Part shown: positions 8,862 through 17,996 of the stretch, piece by piece
Layout: each line of letters opens with the position of its first letter
Numbering within the stretch: position 1 is the first letter of the stretch
From: Methanomassiliicoccaceae archaeon
Lineage (GTDB): Archaea; Thermoplasmatota; Thermoplasmata; Methanomassiliicoccales; Methanomethylophilaceae
Assembly (NCBI GenBank): GCA_003560875.1
Contig: PWJQ01000035.1
Coordinates: forward strand, 7,182 to 71,181
Direction: 5' to 3'
DNA length: 64,000 bases
Notes under the pieces: model-generated
What the model was told of the DNA's origin: nothing
What the model saw: only the letters and a program-made list of their open reading frames with translations
Databases searched by the model: none
Position numbers and translations under genes: made by a program

Positions 8862-9634
8862 AACAACCACTCCTTGATACGTGAGTCGCCCACGGCCAGG
8901 AAGTTGCTCCTGGTCTCAAGTTCGAAGGGCATGTCCATCAATGTGCCGTCAAGGTTGAATATCTCCCCTCCGGCCTCCCGCAGTATGAGATGGCTGGCGG
9001 CTATGTCTATGACCCTTATGCACTTGGAGAGGTCCTCGGAATTCATCATGAAACCATCGGCCACGCCGGCGGCCACCAGGCACATCTCTATCGATGCGCA
9101 TCCGTAGGCCCTTGTGCGGCGGCATTCCTTCAGTACACGGAATGTGTCAGGATGGGCGGCGCTGCCTAAGTACAGCATCATCGTCAGAGCGTCCCTCTGC
9201 GACTCCTTGCGGACCTGCATGCGGCAACCGTTGAGGAATGCCCCCTGACCCTTGACGGCGTGATAGACGTCGTCGGTCACCAGGTTGCGTATGTAGGCGT
9301 ACTCCACATCGCGGAGGGAGTCCTTGCCTACCGCCAGGGATGCTGTGTACAGAGGCACGCCCATGATGGAGTTGTAAGTACCGTCGATGGGGTCCAGGAC
9401 CAGGGTCATGTCCCCGCCACGGTCCACGAAGCCGATCTCCTCGCTGAGTACATTTAGCGCAATCCCGTTCTCTTCCAGATAGGAAAGCACCACGTTCTCG
9501 GCACACTTGTCGATCTGAGTGGTGGGCGTCCCGTCCGCCCCTTGGCACACCTCCGTCCCGCGGTCACAGGAATCGGGCATGTCACGGGCGGTGTCCCGTA
9601 TCAGAAGGGACAGTTTCTCCAAGAGCTCCATCAT
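8858..9634 (-). CDS. Inositol monophosphatase/FBPase family protein (possible NADP phosphatase)
   Basis: GADGTPT..ID, SEE, LDPIDGTYN, DIAAS.LILREAGG. Confidence 0.9.
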   Translation of the reverse strand: MMELLEKLSLLIRDTARDMPDSCDRGTEVCQGADGTPTTQIDKCAENVVLSYLEENGIALNVLSEEIGFVDRGGDMTLVLDPIDGTYNSIMGVPLYTASLAVGKDSLRDVEYAYIRNLVTDDVYHAVKGQGAFLNGCRMQVRKESQRDALTMMLYLGSAAHPDTFRVLKECRRTRAYGCASIEMCLVAAGVADGFMMNSEDLSKCIRVIDIAASHLILREAGGEIFNLDGTLMDMPFELETRSNFLAVGDSRIKEWLL

Positions 9635-9729
9635 CGTCAGCTCATGGTGGTGGCGCCTATAATTGGGTTTTGTTACAGTCGGGGTCAGAAACGATATTAT
9701 GTAACGATGTTGATTCATTCCGGTTGAAA

Positions 9730-12261
9730 TTGCATCATGTGGTAGGACTGGCAGACCTGGGCGCTGACGCCCTGGAGACTGTGGGCGGTAAAGCGAGCAA
9801 CCTTGCGGTCATGTCCCGTGGGGGCATGCCGGTACCGGATGCCTTCGTGATATGCACATCGGCCTACCATCTTTTCCTGGAGGAGACGGGCCTGGGCGCC
9901 AAGATCTCATTCCTTCTCGATAAACTGGATTTCAACGACCGGGAGGAGATGGCCGCTGCCGCGGAGCGGATTCAGACCATGATATCGTCCCAGGTCATGC
10001 CCTCCTCCTTGAAGGAAGAAATCGATGAGATGGCCTTGGGACTCGGCGGACTGTTGGCGGTGAGGTCCTCGGCGGTGGCCGAGGACATGCCGGATGCCAG
10101 TTTCGCCGGTCAGCAGGACTCCTTCCTCAACGTGGAGGCGACGGACGCATCCGTATACGCCCGACGTTGCTGGGCCTCCTATTGGAACGAGAGGGCGATG
10201 ATCTACCGTCACGATGCCCGGGTGCCGCACATGGAGGGCGGCATGGCGGTGCTGGTGCAGAGGATGGTGGACTCCCGTGCCTCCGGCATAATGTTCACCG
10301 TCGATCCAGTCACCGGCGAGGATCGTACCGTCATCGAATCGGTCCGTGGTCTCGGTGACCGTCTGGCGAGCGGGGAGGCGGCACCGGACCGCTTCGTGGT
10401 CTCCCGCGACGGTACCGTGGTGGTGGCCGATGACGCCGACGGCCTTTCCATAAGTGATGCCGAGGCGACGATGCTCTCAATGATGGGCGCCGACCTTGAG
10501 CGCCTATTCGGTTCACCCCAGGACGTGGAGTGGGCTTTGGACTCTGACGGTGTGAAACTGCTACAGTCCCGTCCGGTCACCACCGTCGCCGAGGACGACG
10601 GCATACTGTGGACCCGGGCCTACGGTGATGAGTACTGGGCCGATGCCACAACTCCGCTGTTCTTCTCCGTCATGGGTCCGATGCTCACCGATTACGTCAA
10701 CCACGAGGGCGCCCGCATAATGGGATACAAGGCCATACAGGACAGTCCCCTGCTACGGTTGCACAAATCGCACATTTACTTCAACACCTGGGTCCTGGAG
10801 CAGGCTTTCAGTTACTACCCCCGCTACGCCCGTTCCAAAGAACTGCTCAACTACTATCCTGCAAGCGAGAGGGAGAGGATCGCCCGTTCACCGTCCCGCA
10901 CCGGCATGGCATTGATGTCGCAGCTACGGGTGGCGGTGCGCGACCCTGACGGGATGCTAAACCGGACCGACCAGGCTTACAAGGATTGGGCATCCCGCTT
11001 CATGAAGCAGTGCCTGCGCTTCGACCGTCTGGACCTAGCGGCGATGGACTACGGACAGCTGAAGCGCGTGTATGCGGAGATCGAGGGTGCGGCCATCGGC
11101 CATTATCGTCTGATACGTTATGGGATGGTCTCCCATTCCATAGCATCCAACATGATCGTCAAACAATGGCTACGTTCGTGGCTGGATGATGATAGCGGCG
11201 AGCTCTACTCCAAACTGATCTCCGGCCTCCGTGGCAACAAGACGCTGGAGACCAACGTGGCGCTGTCGAAGTTGTCGTTGCACGCCGCCAAGGACCGCCA
11301 TGTGGCCGCCGCCCTGAGGTCCATGGACAACGAGGAGTTCATGAATGCCATGAGAGACGACCCGATGCTCGATAACTTCCATGAGCATCTGGACGAGTTC
11401 CTCTACGAATACGGCCACCGTTCACACACCCGGGAGATCATATATCCCCGCTGGTCGGAGGATCCGGGAATGGTGCTCGACGTCCTCCGTGTACTGCTCG
11501 AATCGCCTACCGACCTCTCCAAGGTGGAGGACACCAGGGTAGGGGAGAGGTTGGAGGCGGAGAAGAAGGTCTTCTTGGCGTTGAGAGGGATGAAGGCGGG
11601 CAGGGTGAGGGCTATCGTTTTCGAGAAGGTCCTCCGTCTGGCCCAGACATATCTGCTGTTCCGGGAGAACCAAAGGTTCTTCCTGGACCACATACTGTTC
11701 CGCCAACGACTGATACTCAAGGAGTACGGGAACAGACTGCGGGACGACGGCGTCATCGACGATAGCGAGGACGTGTTCTTCCTTGAGCTCAAAGAGGTCT
11801 TCGCCCTTCCCGGTGAGGATCCGCGGAGACTGATCGCACAACGCCGCCGCGACTTCATGCGCCATCGTGACGCCTTGCCTCCTAAATTCCTCAGAGGAAG
11901 GATGGAGTTCGATGACACCGTCACCCGCATGGATGATTCCACGGTCATACAGGGTAGCGCCGCCAGCCCCGGTGTGTTCCGTGGCAGGGTACGGGTGGTC
12001 TCATCGGTCCGTGAGCTTTCCGCGGTCGAGAAGGGCGATGTGTTGGTGGCGTCCAACACCGACCCGGGATGGACGGCGGTCTTCCATCGCTTGGGAGGGC
12101 TTGTGACCGAAACTGGAGGCATACTGTCTCACGGTGCCGTTGTGTCCCGGGAATACGGCATTCCCGCCGTCACCGCCGTCAAAGGCGCCACAACGGTATT
12201 GAAGACCGGTCAGATGATAACCGTGGACGGCAACGAGGGAGTAATCAGATTGGAGGAATGA
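9730..12261 (+). CDS. PEP-synthase-family dikinase with rifampin-phosphotransferase/PigC-like architecture (start uncertain)
   Basis: N-terminal ATP-grasp (GGKASNL, VRSSAVAED...SFAGQ, QDVEWA, LQSRPVT), helical middle domain, C-terminal His swivel domain (TDPGWT, ETGGILSHGAVVSREYGIPAV). Confidence 0.88.
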   Translation: MHHVVGLADLGADALETVGGKASNLAVMSRGGMPVPDAFVICTSAYHLFLEETGLGAKISFLLDKLDFNDREEMAAAAERIQTMISSQVMPSSLKEEIDEMALGLGGLLAVRSSAVAEDMPDASFAGQQDSFLNVEATDASVYARRCWASYWNERAMIYRHDARVPHMEGGMAVLVQRMVDSRASGIMFTVDPVTGEDRTVIESVRGLGDRLASGEAAPDRFVVSRDGTVVVADDADGLSISDAEATMLSMMGADLERLFGSPQDVEWALDSDGVKLLQSRPVTTVAEDDGILWTRAYGDEYWADATTPLFFSVMGPMLTDYVNHEGARIMGYKAIQDSPLLRLHKSHIYFNTWVLEQAFSYYPRYARSKELLNYYPASERERIARSPSRTGMALMSQLRVAVRDPDGMLNRTDQAYKDWASRFMKQCLRFDRLDLAAMDYGQLKRVYAEIEGAAIGHYRLIRYGMVSHSIASNMIVKQWLRSWLDDDSGELYSKLISGLRGNKTLETNVALSKLSLHAAKDRHVAAALRSMDNEEFMNAMRDDPMLDNFHEHLDEFLYEYGHRSHTREIIYPRWSEDPGMVLDVLRVLLESPTDLSKVEDTRVGERLEAEKKVFLALRGMKAGRVRAIVFEKVLRLAQTYLLFRENQRFFLDHILFRQRLILKEYGNRLRDDGVIDDSEDVFFLELKEVFALPGEDPRRLIAQRRRDFMRHRDALPPKFLRGRMEFDDTVTRMDDSTVIQGSAASPGVFRGRVRVVSSVRELSAVEKGDVLVASNTDPGWTAVFHRLGGLVTETGGILSHGAVVSREYGIPAVTAVKGATTVLKTGQMITVDGNEGVIRLEE

Positions 12262-12262
12262 C

Positions 12263-13156
12263 ATGGAGGATTTCACACCCCAGATGCCAGGCAAGGAAGA
12301 GGATTGGAGCGAGAGCCTCTATTTCAACTTCCATGACCGCGAGAATGACATCACGGCGTTCATGCGTATCGGCCTGAAACCGAACCGCGGTCACAAGGAG
12401 GCTTTCCTGTTCATCATGACTGAGGATATGGTGTGCGGCATGCGCTCCGCCATTCCTATCGGGGATGGCGACATGTCTGTCAACGACCTGTCCTTCCGAA
12501 AGGAGGGAAGCGGTTGGAGATTGTCTTACAACGGTCAACTGGGAAGCATGACCGAGGACGGACCCATACCGATCGAGGCCTCACTGGACATCTTATGGAC
12601 TCCTCTGAACGAGGAGTTCGACTACCGTCGCTGCGTGGATGAAAGGGCGGAGAAGATGGCCGCGGCAGTGGCCGCCGAACACCGTGAACAGTACGGTGAG
12701 GCGGTGGGTGCGGTGAGTCTGGGTTCCAAGCGGCTCCGCGTCAGAGGCCTGGGCGAACGTGACCACAGTTGGGGCGTCCGCGATTGGAACGCCCCTCGGG
12801 AGTGGATGTGGATCAACTGTCACCTCGACCGTCGCACATCCCTGAACCTGACACGCCTGGTCGTTGACCAGGGGGAGGTGGTGGCGGGATTCGTTCATCG
12901 TGATGGAGAGAGCCATCCTATCGTGAGGGCTAGGGTCGAGACCCGCTACTCGTCCAAAGGCGGACCGCAGTCCTTCGACCTGGATATCACCGATTCCGAA
13001 GGGAAGCGCCACATCATCGGCGGGAGCGTGGTCAGGGAGACGGTGCTGCCCTTCGAGAAGGATGGTGTGCGCAGTCTGCTCTTTGAGACGCTGGCGGAAT
13101 ACGATTGGAAAGGCGGGAAGGGCTACGGCATAGCCGAGTATCTCATCCGTACCTGA
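12263..13156 (+). CDS. Beta-rich hypothetical protein (AttH/tocopherol-cyclase-like, DUF7064/7065-type)
   Basis: WSESLYFNF, H.EQYG...G, G.GERDHSWGVRDW, G.GYGIAEY; 1 nt after the dikinase stop. Confidence 0.7.
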   Translation: MEDFTPQMPGKEEDWSESLYFNFHDRENDITAFMRIGLKPNRGHKEAFLFIMTEDMVCGMRSAIPIGDGDMSVNDLSFRKEGSGWRLSYNGQLGSMTEDGPIPIEASLDILWTPLNEEFDYRRCVDERAEKMAAAVAAEHREQYGEAVGAVSLGSKRLRVRGLGERDHSWGVRDWNAPREWMWINCHLDRRTSLNLTRLVVDQGEVVAGFVHRDGESHPIVRARVETRYSSKGGPQSFDLDITDSEGKRHIIGGSVVRETVLPFEKDGVRSLLFETLAEYDWKGGKGYGIAEYLIRT

Positions 13157-13805
13157 CCACAAGCTCCTTGCGTAATCTGAGACCGAGGGCGGAACGCTGA
13201 CGGGAGGGAGACCGTTCCAGACTTGAACAGGTCTCCATGACCGCCTTCCGACATCCATCGCCCCGACGGGCTATGGACCTCATCGCCCATGCCATCGACT
13301 TATGCACCAGGGGACGCTTGTCGTCAGCGTATCTTTCCACCAGTTCCAGCATGGATATGAAGGACGGATCGTTATCCAAACCCTTCGTTGAAACCGCCGC
13401 CGCTGCGATGGTGGCGAACGCCGCCCTCCGCACGAAGAGTCTTTCATCATCGGCCCAACGTGCCGCCCATTCCAAGCAAAGAGGATTATGTCTGACGAGG
13501 TTCATGCACAACTGGTCGCAGGTCTCCCAATCATTCACTTCCTGCAACCACCCCATCACGGCGGCCTCATCGGCGGAGTTGGCCGGAGCTATCAAGGTGG
13601 CCAGTATCCTTGCCTCCCTCTGCCCGGTAGACCATAGCTGATTGGCAAGGGCCTGGTCCTTGCCTATCCTACGGCCCAATGCCCGGAGCTGGGGCATGCT
13701 GACGCCCAATGCGTTCGCGGTGTCGATACCGAAACGAGACATCCCCTGCAATGACGCCGGGTCCGCCAGCTCCCTCAGAGTCTCAAGTACTCCTTTCTTG
13801 TCCAT
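13143..13805 (-). CDS. DNA alkylation repair protein (AlkD-like)
   Basis: GVSMPQLRAL, LW.TG.REARILA, WETCDQLC, K...WA.R.I. Confidence 0.85.
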   Translation of the reverse strand: MDKKGVLETLRELADPASLQGMSRFGIDTANALGVSMPQLRALGRRIGKDQALANQLWSTGQREARILATLIAPANSADEAAVMGWLQEVNDWETCDQLCMNLVRHNPLCLEWAARWADDERLFVRRAAFATIAAAAVSTKGLDNDPSFISMLELVERYADDKRPLVHKSMAWAMRSIARRGDGCRKAVMETCSSLERSPSRQRSALGLRLRKELVVRYG

Positions 13806-13849
13806 GTCAGGCCTGATATGCTTATATGGGATTCGAACATGCATAAAGC

Positions 13850-14506
13850 ATGCGCATACCTGCGGAGCTCAGCGACAGGCTAATGGAGGCTAACGGCCGC
13901 CCCTACACCTTGTCGATTGACCCCGGTCACAAGGTCTACGGCGAAAAACTGATGATGCGTGGAGGCAAGGAGTGGAGGGAATGGTCGGTGAGCCGCAGCA
14001 AACCCGCCGCCTATCTTGCCGCCGGAGGTTCTTCGTTCCCATTACGTCGCGACAACAGTCTTCTTTATCTGGGTGCTGCCAGCGGGACCACGGCCAGTCA
14101 CTTCTCCGACATCCTGGATCAGGGAGCTGTGCACTGTCTGGAGTTCTCCCCCCGCTCCTTCCGCGACCTGGTCAGGGTCTGCGGCAGGAGGGGCAACATG
14201 ATACCCATTATGGGGGACGCCACCCGGCCGGAGAGCTTCGCCTTCGCCGTGGGGGATGTGGATATCGTGTACCAGGACGTCGCCCAGAAGGGTCAGGCCA
14301 CAATACTGGCTGACAACATGGACGCCTTCAATGCCGACCTGGGGATGCTGGCCGTCAAGGCGAGGTCCGAGGATGTGACCGCCTTACCGCGTGATGTTTT
14401 CATTGCCGCCCGTGACCTGCTTAAGTCCAGGGGCTTCAAGGTCATGGAGTGCAGACCCCTCGACCCGCATGAGAAGGACCATGCGATCATGGTGGTGGGA
14501 AGATGA
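13850..14506 (+). CDS. flpA: Fibrillarin-like rRNA 2'-O-methyltransferase
   Basis: VYGEK, RSK.AA, LYLGAASGTT.SH, EFSPR, YQDVAQ, KARS.D. Confidence 0.95.
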   Translation: MRIPAELSDRLMEANGRPYTLSIDPGHKVYGEKLMMRGGKEWREWSVSRSKPAAYLAAGGSSFPLRRDNSLLYLGAASGTTASHFSDILDQGAVHCLEFSPRSFRDLVRVCGRRGNMIPIMGDATRPESFAFAVGDVDIVYQDVAQKGQATILADNMDAFNADLGMLAVKARSEDVTALPRDVFIAARDLLKSRGFKVMECRPLDPHEKDHAIMVVGR

Positions 14507-14856
14507 GCACCGTGTACTGCGTCGGCATGAAGGGCTCCGAGTTCCTGATGATATTCAACCCCCGTCGTGGCGGGTGGGAGATGCCGGGAGGTCGGGTGGA
14601 AGAGGACGAGAGCATCCGTCAGGCAGCCGTACGGGAGTTCGCCGAGGAGTGCGGATTAGAGCTCGAACTGCTCGCCTGCCGACCGATATACGACAGCAAC
14701 GTATGCTTGGGGACCGTGGGGCCAGAGATCGCGGATGGCGAGATGGAGTACCGGTTCTTCAGCTCGCTGCCATCGCCGTTGGCATTCCCCCGCGAGGAAT
14801 ACATCGAAGTACTGGAATGGGCGTATTCCCTGATGGGTCTCGAACAACCTTTATAA
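14503..14856 (+). CDS. NUDIX hydrolase
   Basis: Nudix box GGRVEEDESIRQAAVREFAEECG; ATGA overlap with flpA. Confidence 0.9.
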   Translation: MSTVYCVGMKGSEFLMIFNPRRGGWEMPGGRVEEDESIRQAAVREFAEECGLELELLACRPIYDSNVCLGTVGPEIADGEMEYRFFSSLPSPLAFPREEYIEVLEWAYSLMGLEQPL

Positions 14857-14891
14857 GCGTCGATAAAAATCACCAGCTGAGATTGACCGAG

Positions 14892-15437
14892 ATGGCAGCA
14901 ATACGCGTCGAAAACATGGTATCATCAACCGCTTTGGCCAAGAAACTTGACCTTCAGTCGATAGCTTTGGCCTTGGAGAATGCGGACTACGACCCGGAAC
15001 GCTTCCCCGGATTGATTTACCGCCTGAAGGAACCCAAGACCGCAATACTTCTGTTCCGCAGCGGCAAGGCGGTGTGCACCGGTGCCAAAAACCTGGATCA
15101 GGTCAAGGAGGCCATCGCCAAGGTCTCGGCTCAGCTGCAGGAGCGGGATGTCGAGGTGTTCGATGACCCGGTCATAGAGGTGCAGAACATGGTCGCATCC
15201 GCCGATCTGCAACACGAGATAAACCTCAACGCCATGGCGATAACCATGGGACTGGAGAGGGTGGAGTACGAACCCGAGCAGTTCCCCGGGCTCGTATACC
15301 GCATGTCATCGCCCAAGGTGGTACTGCTGGTGTTCAGCTCCGGGAAGCTCGTCTGCACCGGGGCCAAGACCCTGGATGATGTCGAACGCGCGGTGGCGAT
15401 GATCGCTGACGACCTCAAGAAGGCGGGCATCATCTGA
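14892..15437 (+). CDS. tbp: TATA-box-binding protein
   Basis: Two repeats: ENMVSS...YDPERFPGLIYRL..PK..LLFRSGK.VCTGAK and QNMVAS...YEPEQFPGLVYR; the real start is internal to track ORF 14391. Confidence 0.97.
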   Translation: MAAIRVENMVSSTALAKKLDLQSIALALENADYDPERFPGLIYRLKEPKTAILLFRSGKAVCTGAKNLDQVKEAIAKVSAQLQERDVEVFDDPVIEVQNMVASADLQHEINLNAMAITMGLERVEYEPEQFPGLVYRMSSPKVVLLVFSSGKLVCTGAKTLDDVERAVAMIADDLKKAGII

Positions 15438-15438
15438 T

Positions 15439-15555
15439 TCAGATGTCGTCCAGGCCCTCGTTCCAATTCTTGATGCCGTATATCACGCAGAATGCGGCCA
15501 CCAGCAAAGAGAGCAGATAGGCGACCGATATGTACGGGTCCTCTATTCCTAGCAT
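15439..15555 (-). CDS. 38-aa small membrane protein, symporter small accessory protein family (not in ORF track)
   Basis: Manual translation MLGIEDPYISVAYLLSLLVAAFCVIYGIKNWNEGLDDI; SD AAGGAG upstream; MLGIxDP...CVIYGxxNWN signature. Confidence 0.85.
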   Translation of the reverse strand: MLGIEDPYISVAYLLSLLVAAFCVIYGIKNWNEGLDDI

Positions 15556-15720
15556 GTTGTCTTTCTCCTTTCCCCTATGACGCTCCTGGCGTCGATTTAC
15601 TATTAGATCTCGGGATTATTTAACTGTGACCGGGGAGGGGTGGCTGAAACATCCTGGTCGAGAGTTGTCCGCGGTGCGAATGCATTTCATATGTACGGGT
15701 GCATTAGGTGGTCGTTCAAC

Positions 15721-16089
15721 ATGGACTGCCCCTTCTGCTCCCCGCCCGGGGATGAGGTCGTTATCAGCAACCACGCGGGATACGTGCGGCGTGACCGCTA
15801 TCCTGTGAACCACGGTCACATGTTGGTCATACCCCACCGTCACATCGGCGGTTATTTCCAATGCGATGAGGAGGAGAGGGAGGGCCTCTGGAAGTTGGTG
15901 GAGGAGGCCAAGGGCTTGCTCGATGACGAGATCTCCCCGGATGGCTACAACATCGGCATAAACATCGGCGCGGCGGCCGGGCAGACGGTCATGCACCTGC
16001 ACATCCACCTGATACCGAGGCACCATGGCGACATGGACGACCCCCGTGGCGGCGTCAGAGGTGTTATACCGGACAAGAGGATATACTGA
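15721..16089 (+). CDS. HIT family hydrolase
   Basis: CPFC, YPV..GH.LVIP, GYNIGIN.G.AAGQTVMHLHIHLIPR. Confidence 0.95.
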   Translation: MDCPFCSPPGDEVVISNHAGYVRRDRYPVNHGHMLVIPHRHIGGYFQCDEEEREGLWKLVEEAKGLLDDEISPDGYNIGINIGAAAGQTVMHLHIHLIPRHHGDMDDPRGGVRGVIPDKRIY

Positions 16090-16179
16090 GACGGCTCCAC
16101 GAAGGTGGTGAAGGGCTTATATACTAGGAGTAGGATTGGCAAAAGCCTCGCCGCCAGACGATTCAATTGGAGGATCAAA

Positions 16180-16635
16180 ATGGCAAGAATGCACGCAAGA
16201 AAAAAAGGAAAATCATCCTCACGCAGACCCCTCATCACAGAGAACCCGGAGTGGGTACCCATTTCCGCAGCCGACATAACTGACCTGGTCGTCAAGATGG
16301 CCAAGGACAACGTGTCATCCGCGAAGATAGGTCTGGTCCTGAGGGACCAACACGCCGTCCCCGATGTGAAGTTGGCTACGGGCAAGTCTATTAACGAAAT
16401 CATGGCGGAGAACGGCGTAACAGCCGACATCCCCGAGGACATGGCCAACCTCATGAGGAAGGCCGTCAACCTGAGCGTTCACCTCAAGGACCATCGCATG
16501 GACGTTGGTAACAAGAGAGGGATGCAGCTGGTTGAGTCCCGGATTCGTCGCCTTGAGAGATACTACAAGCGGAAGGGCGTACTGTCGCCTGACTGGAAGT
16601 ATTCCATCAAGACCGCCGAGCTGATGCTCAAGTAA
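16180..16635 (+). CDS. rps15: 30S ribosomal protein S15 (S13e family)
   Basis: MARMHARKKGKSSS, IG.VLRDQH, IPED, ESRIRRL.RYYK; SD GGAGG. Confidence 0.98.
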   Translation: MARMHARKKGKSSSRRPLITENPEWVPISAADITDLVVKMAKDNVSSAKIGLVLRDQHAVPDVKLATGKSINEIMAENGVTADIPEDMANLMRKAVNLSVHLKDHRMDVGNKRGMQLVESRIRRLERYYKRKGVLSPDWKYSIKTAELMLK

Positions 16636-16643
16636 GGTGGCAT

Positions 16644-17996
16644 ATGGACGTTGACGTCCAGCTTCCCCCGAAACTCCTTTCCAGTTTCTCTTATTGCGCT
16701 GATGTACTGAAAAAGCATTGCCATGTTCAGCTGATATCGCATTACGACGCCGACGGCATCGCTGCTGCCGGCATCATCGCCAACGCCCTGTTGCGTCAGG
16801 GTAAGAGCGTGCATGTGAGTATGTACAAGGCCTTGAACGCCAAGGGAGCGGAGGCGATAGCCTCCTCAGGAGAGGCCTGCACCATAATCACCGACATGGG
16901 GGCTTCGCACCTGGGCACCCTCTTCTCCTCTGATAACGACGTGATCGTTCTTGACCACCATCAGAACGATGAACTGTATGAGGACCGCCCTTACGTGAAC
17001 CCGCACAACCACGGCATAGACGGAATGACGTCGGCCTGCGCCTCATCGCTGGCCATCATGCTCGCCGTGGAGATGGATGAACGTAATTGGGACCTCGTGC
17101 AGCTGGCTTTCGCCGGCATAGCCGGTGACCGTCAGCACGTCAACGGCGTCACGGGCATCAACGCCCATCTTCTCAAGGAGGGCCTCGCCCGGTCCCACCT
17201 GCAGCTGCAGGAGGGCTCCCTGATACCCCCGGGTGAACTGAGGTCGGCCCTGTACCACAGCACCGACCCCTACATCGTGGGAGTGAGCTCCGACCCCGAG
17301 GGCGTTGACGCCCTTCTCCAGGAGGCTGCTGTGCCTCCAGGGACCAAGGACAGTGACCTCGACCCGCAGTCGCGCCGGAGGTTGTCCTCCTTGATAGCCC
17401 TGCGCCTGATGTCCCAAGGCGTCAGCCTTCCGACCCTGCGGGAGGTGTCACGGACCCGCTACACACTGCCGTCATGGGGTGTGGACGCGGAGGGTCTAGC
17501 CTCCCTGCTGAACGCCTGCGGGCGCAAGGACCAGGAGGGCCTGGGGATGGCTGTGGCACTCGGGGACGAGGGTGCACGCGTTGCGGCGGATGCCATGCGC
17601 TTCGAGTACATGGACGAGGTCGTCAGATCCATCAAGGACCTCGAGGTCCAAGGATTGCAGAGTATGGAGGGCATCCAGTATTTCCACAGCCCCTCATCAG
17701 GATACACCGGGATAATCTGCGGGGTGGCAATGCAGTACCTCGGCGACAGCCGCTTGCCCTGTTTCGGCCTCAGCCGCAAGGAGACCAGCGTCCGCATCTC
17801 CGGACGTGGTACGAACGAACAGTTAGCAGAGGGTATGGACCTCGCCGTGGCATTGAGGGACGCCAGCGCATCGGTGGGCGGCAGCGGTGGCGGTCACCGC
17901 ATAGCCAGTGGCGCCGCGGTGCCCTTGGAGAAGGAAGAGGAGTTTTTGAGCGTACTCAACGATATCATCCTATCCCAGCGCTCCGGCGCCAAGTGA
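16644..17996 (+). CDS. DHH/DHHA1 phosphoesterase (RecJ-like)
   Basis: HYDADG, TDMG, LDHH, GDRQ, GGGHRIASGA; usual position after rps15. Confidence 0.9.
   Translation: MDVDVQLPPKLLSSFSYCADVLKKHCHVQLISHYDADGIAAAGIIANALLRQGKSVHVSMYKALNAKGAEAIASSGEACTIITDMGASHLGTLFSSDNDVIVLDHHQNDELYEDRPYVNPHNHGIDGMTSACASSLAIMLAVEMDERNWDLVQLAFAGIAGDRQHVNGVTGINAHLLKEGLARSHLQLQEGSLIPPGELRSALYHSTDPYIVGVSSDPEGVDALLQEAAVPPGTKDSDLDPQSRRRLSSLIALRLMSQGVSLPTLREVSRTRYTLPSWGVDAEGLASLLNACGRKDQEGLGMAVALGDEGARVAADAMRFEYMDEVVRSIKDLEVQGLQSMEGIQYFHSPSSGYTGIICGVAMQYLGDSRLPCFGLSRKETSVRISGRGTNEQLAEGMDLAVALRDASASVGGSGGGHRIASGAAVPLEKEEEFLSVLNDIILSQRSGAK

Noticed and set aside
14391..15437. 348-aa ORF suggesting an N-terminally extended TBP
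   Set aside because: The extension overlaps fibrillarin and NUDIX in other frames and is not protein-like; TBP starts at ATG 14892 after its own TTTATAAG box
16116..16179. Possible S15 leader (GGC-AAAA-GCC hairpin)
   Set aside because: The stem is only 3 bp and lies at or before the likely TSS; support is insufficient
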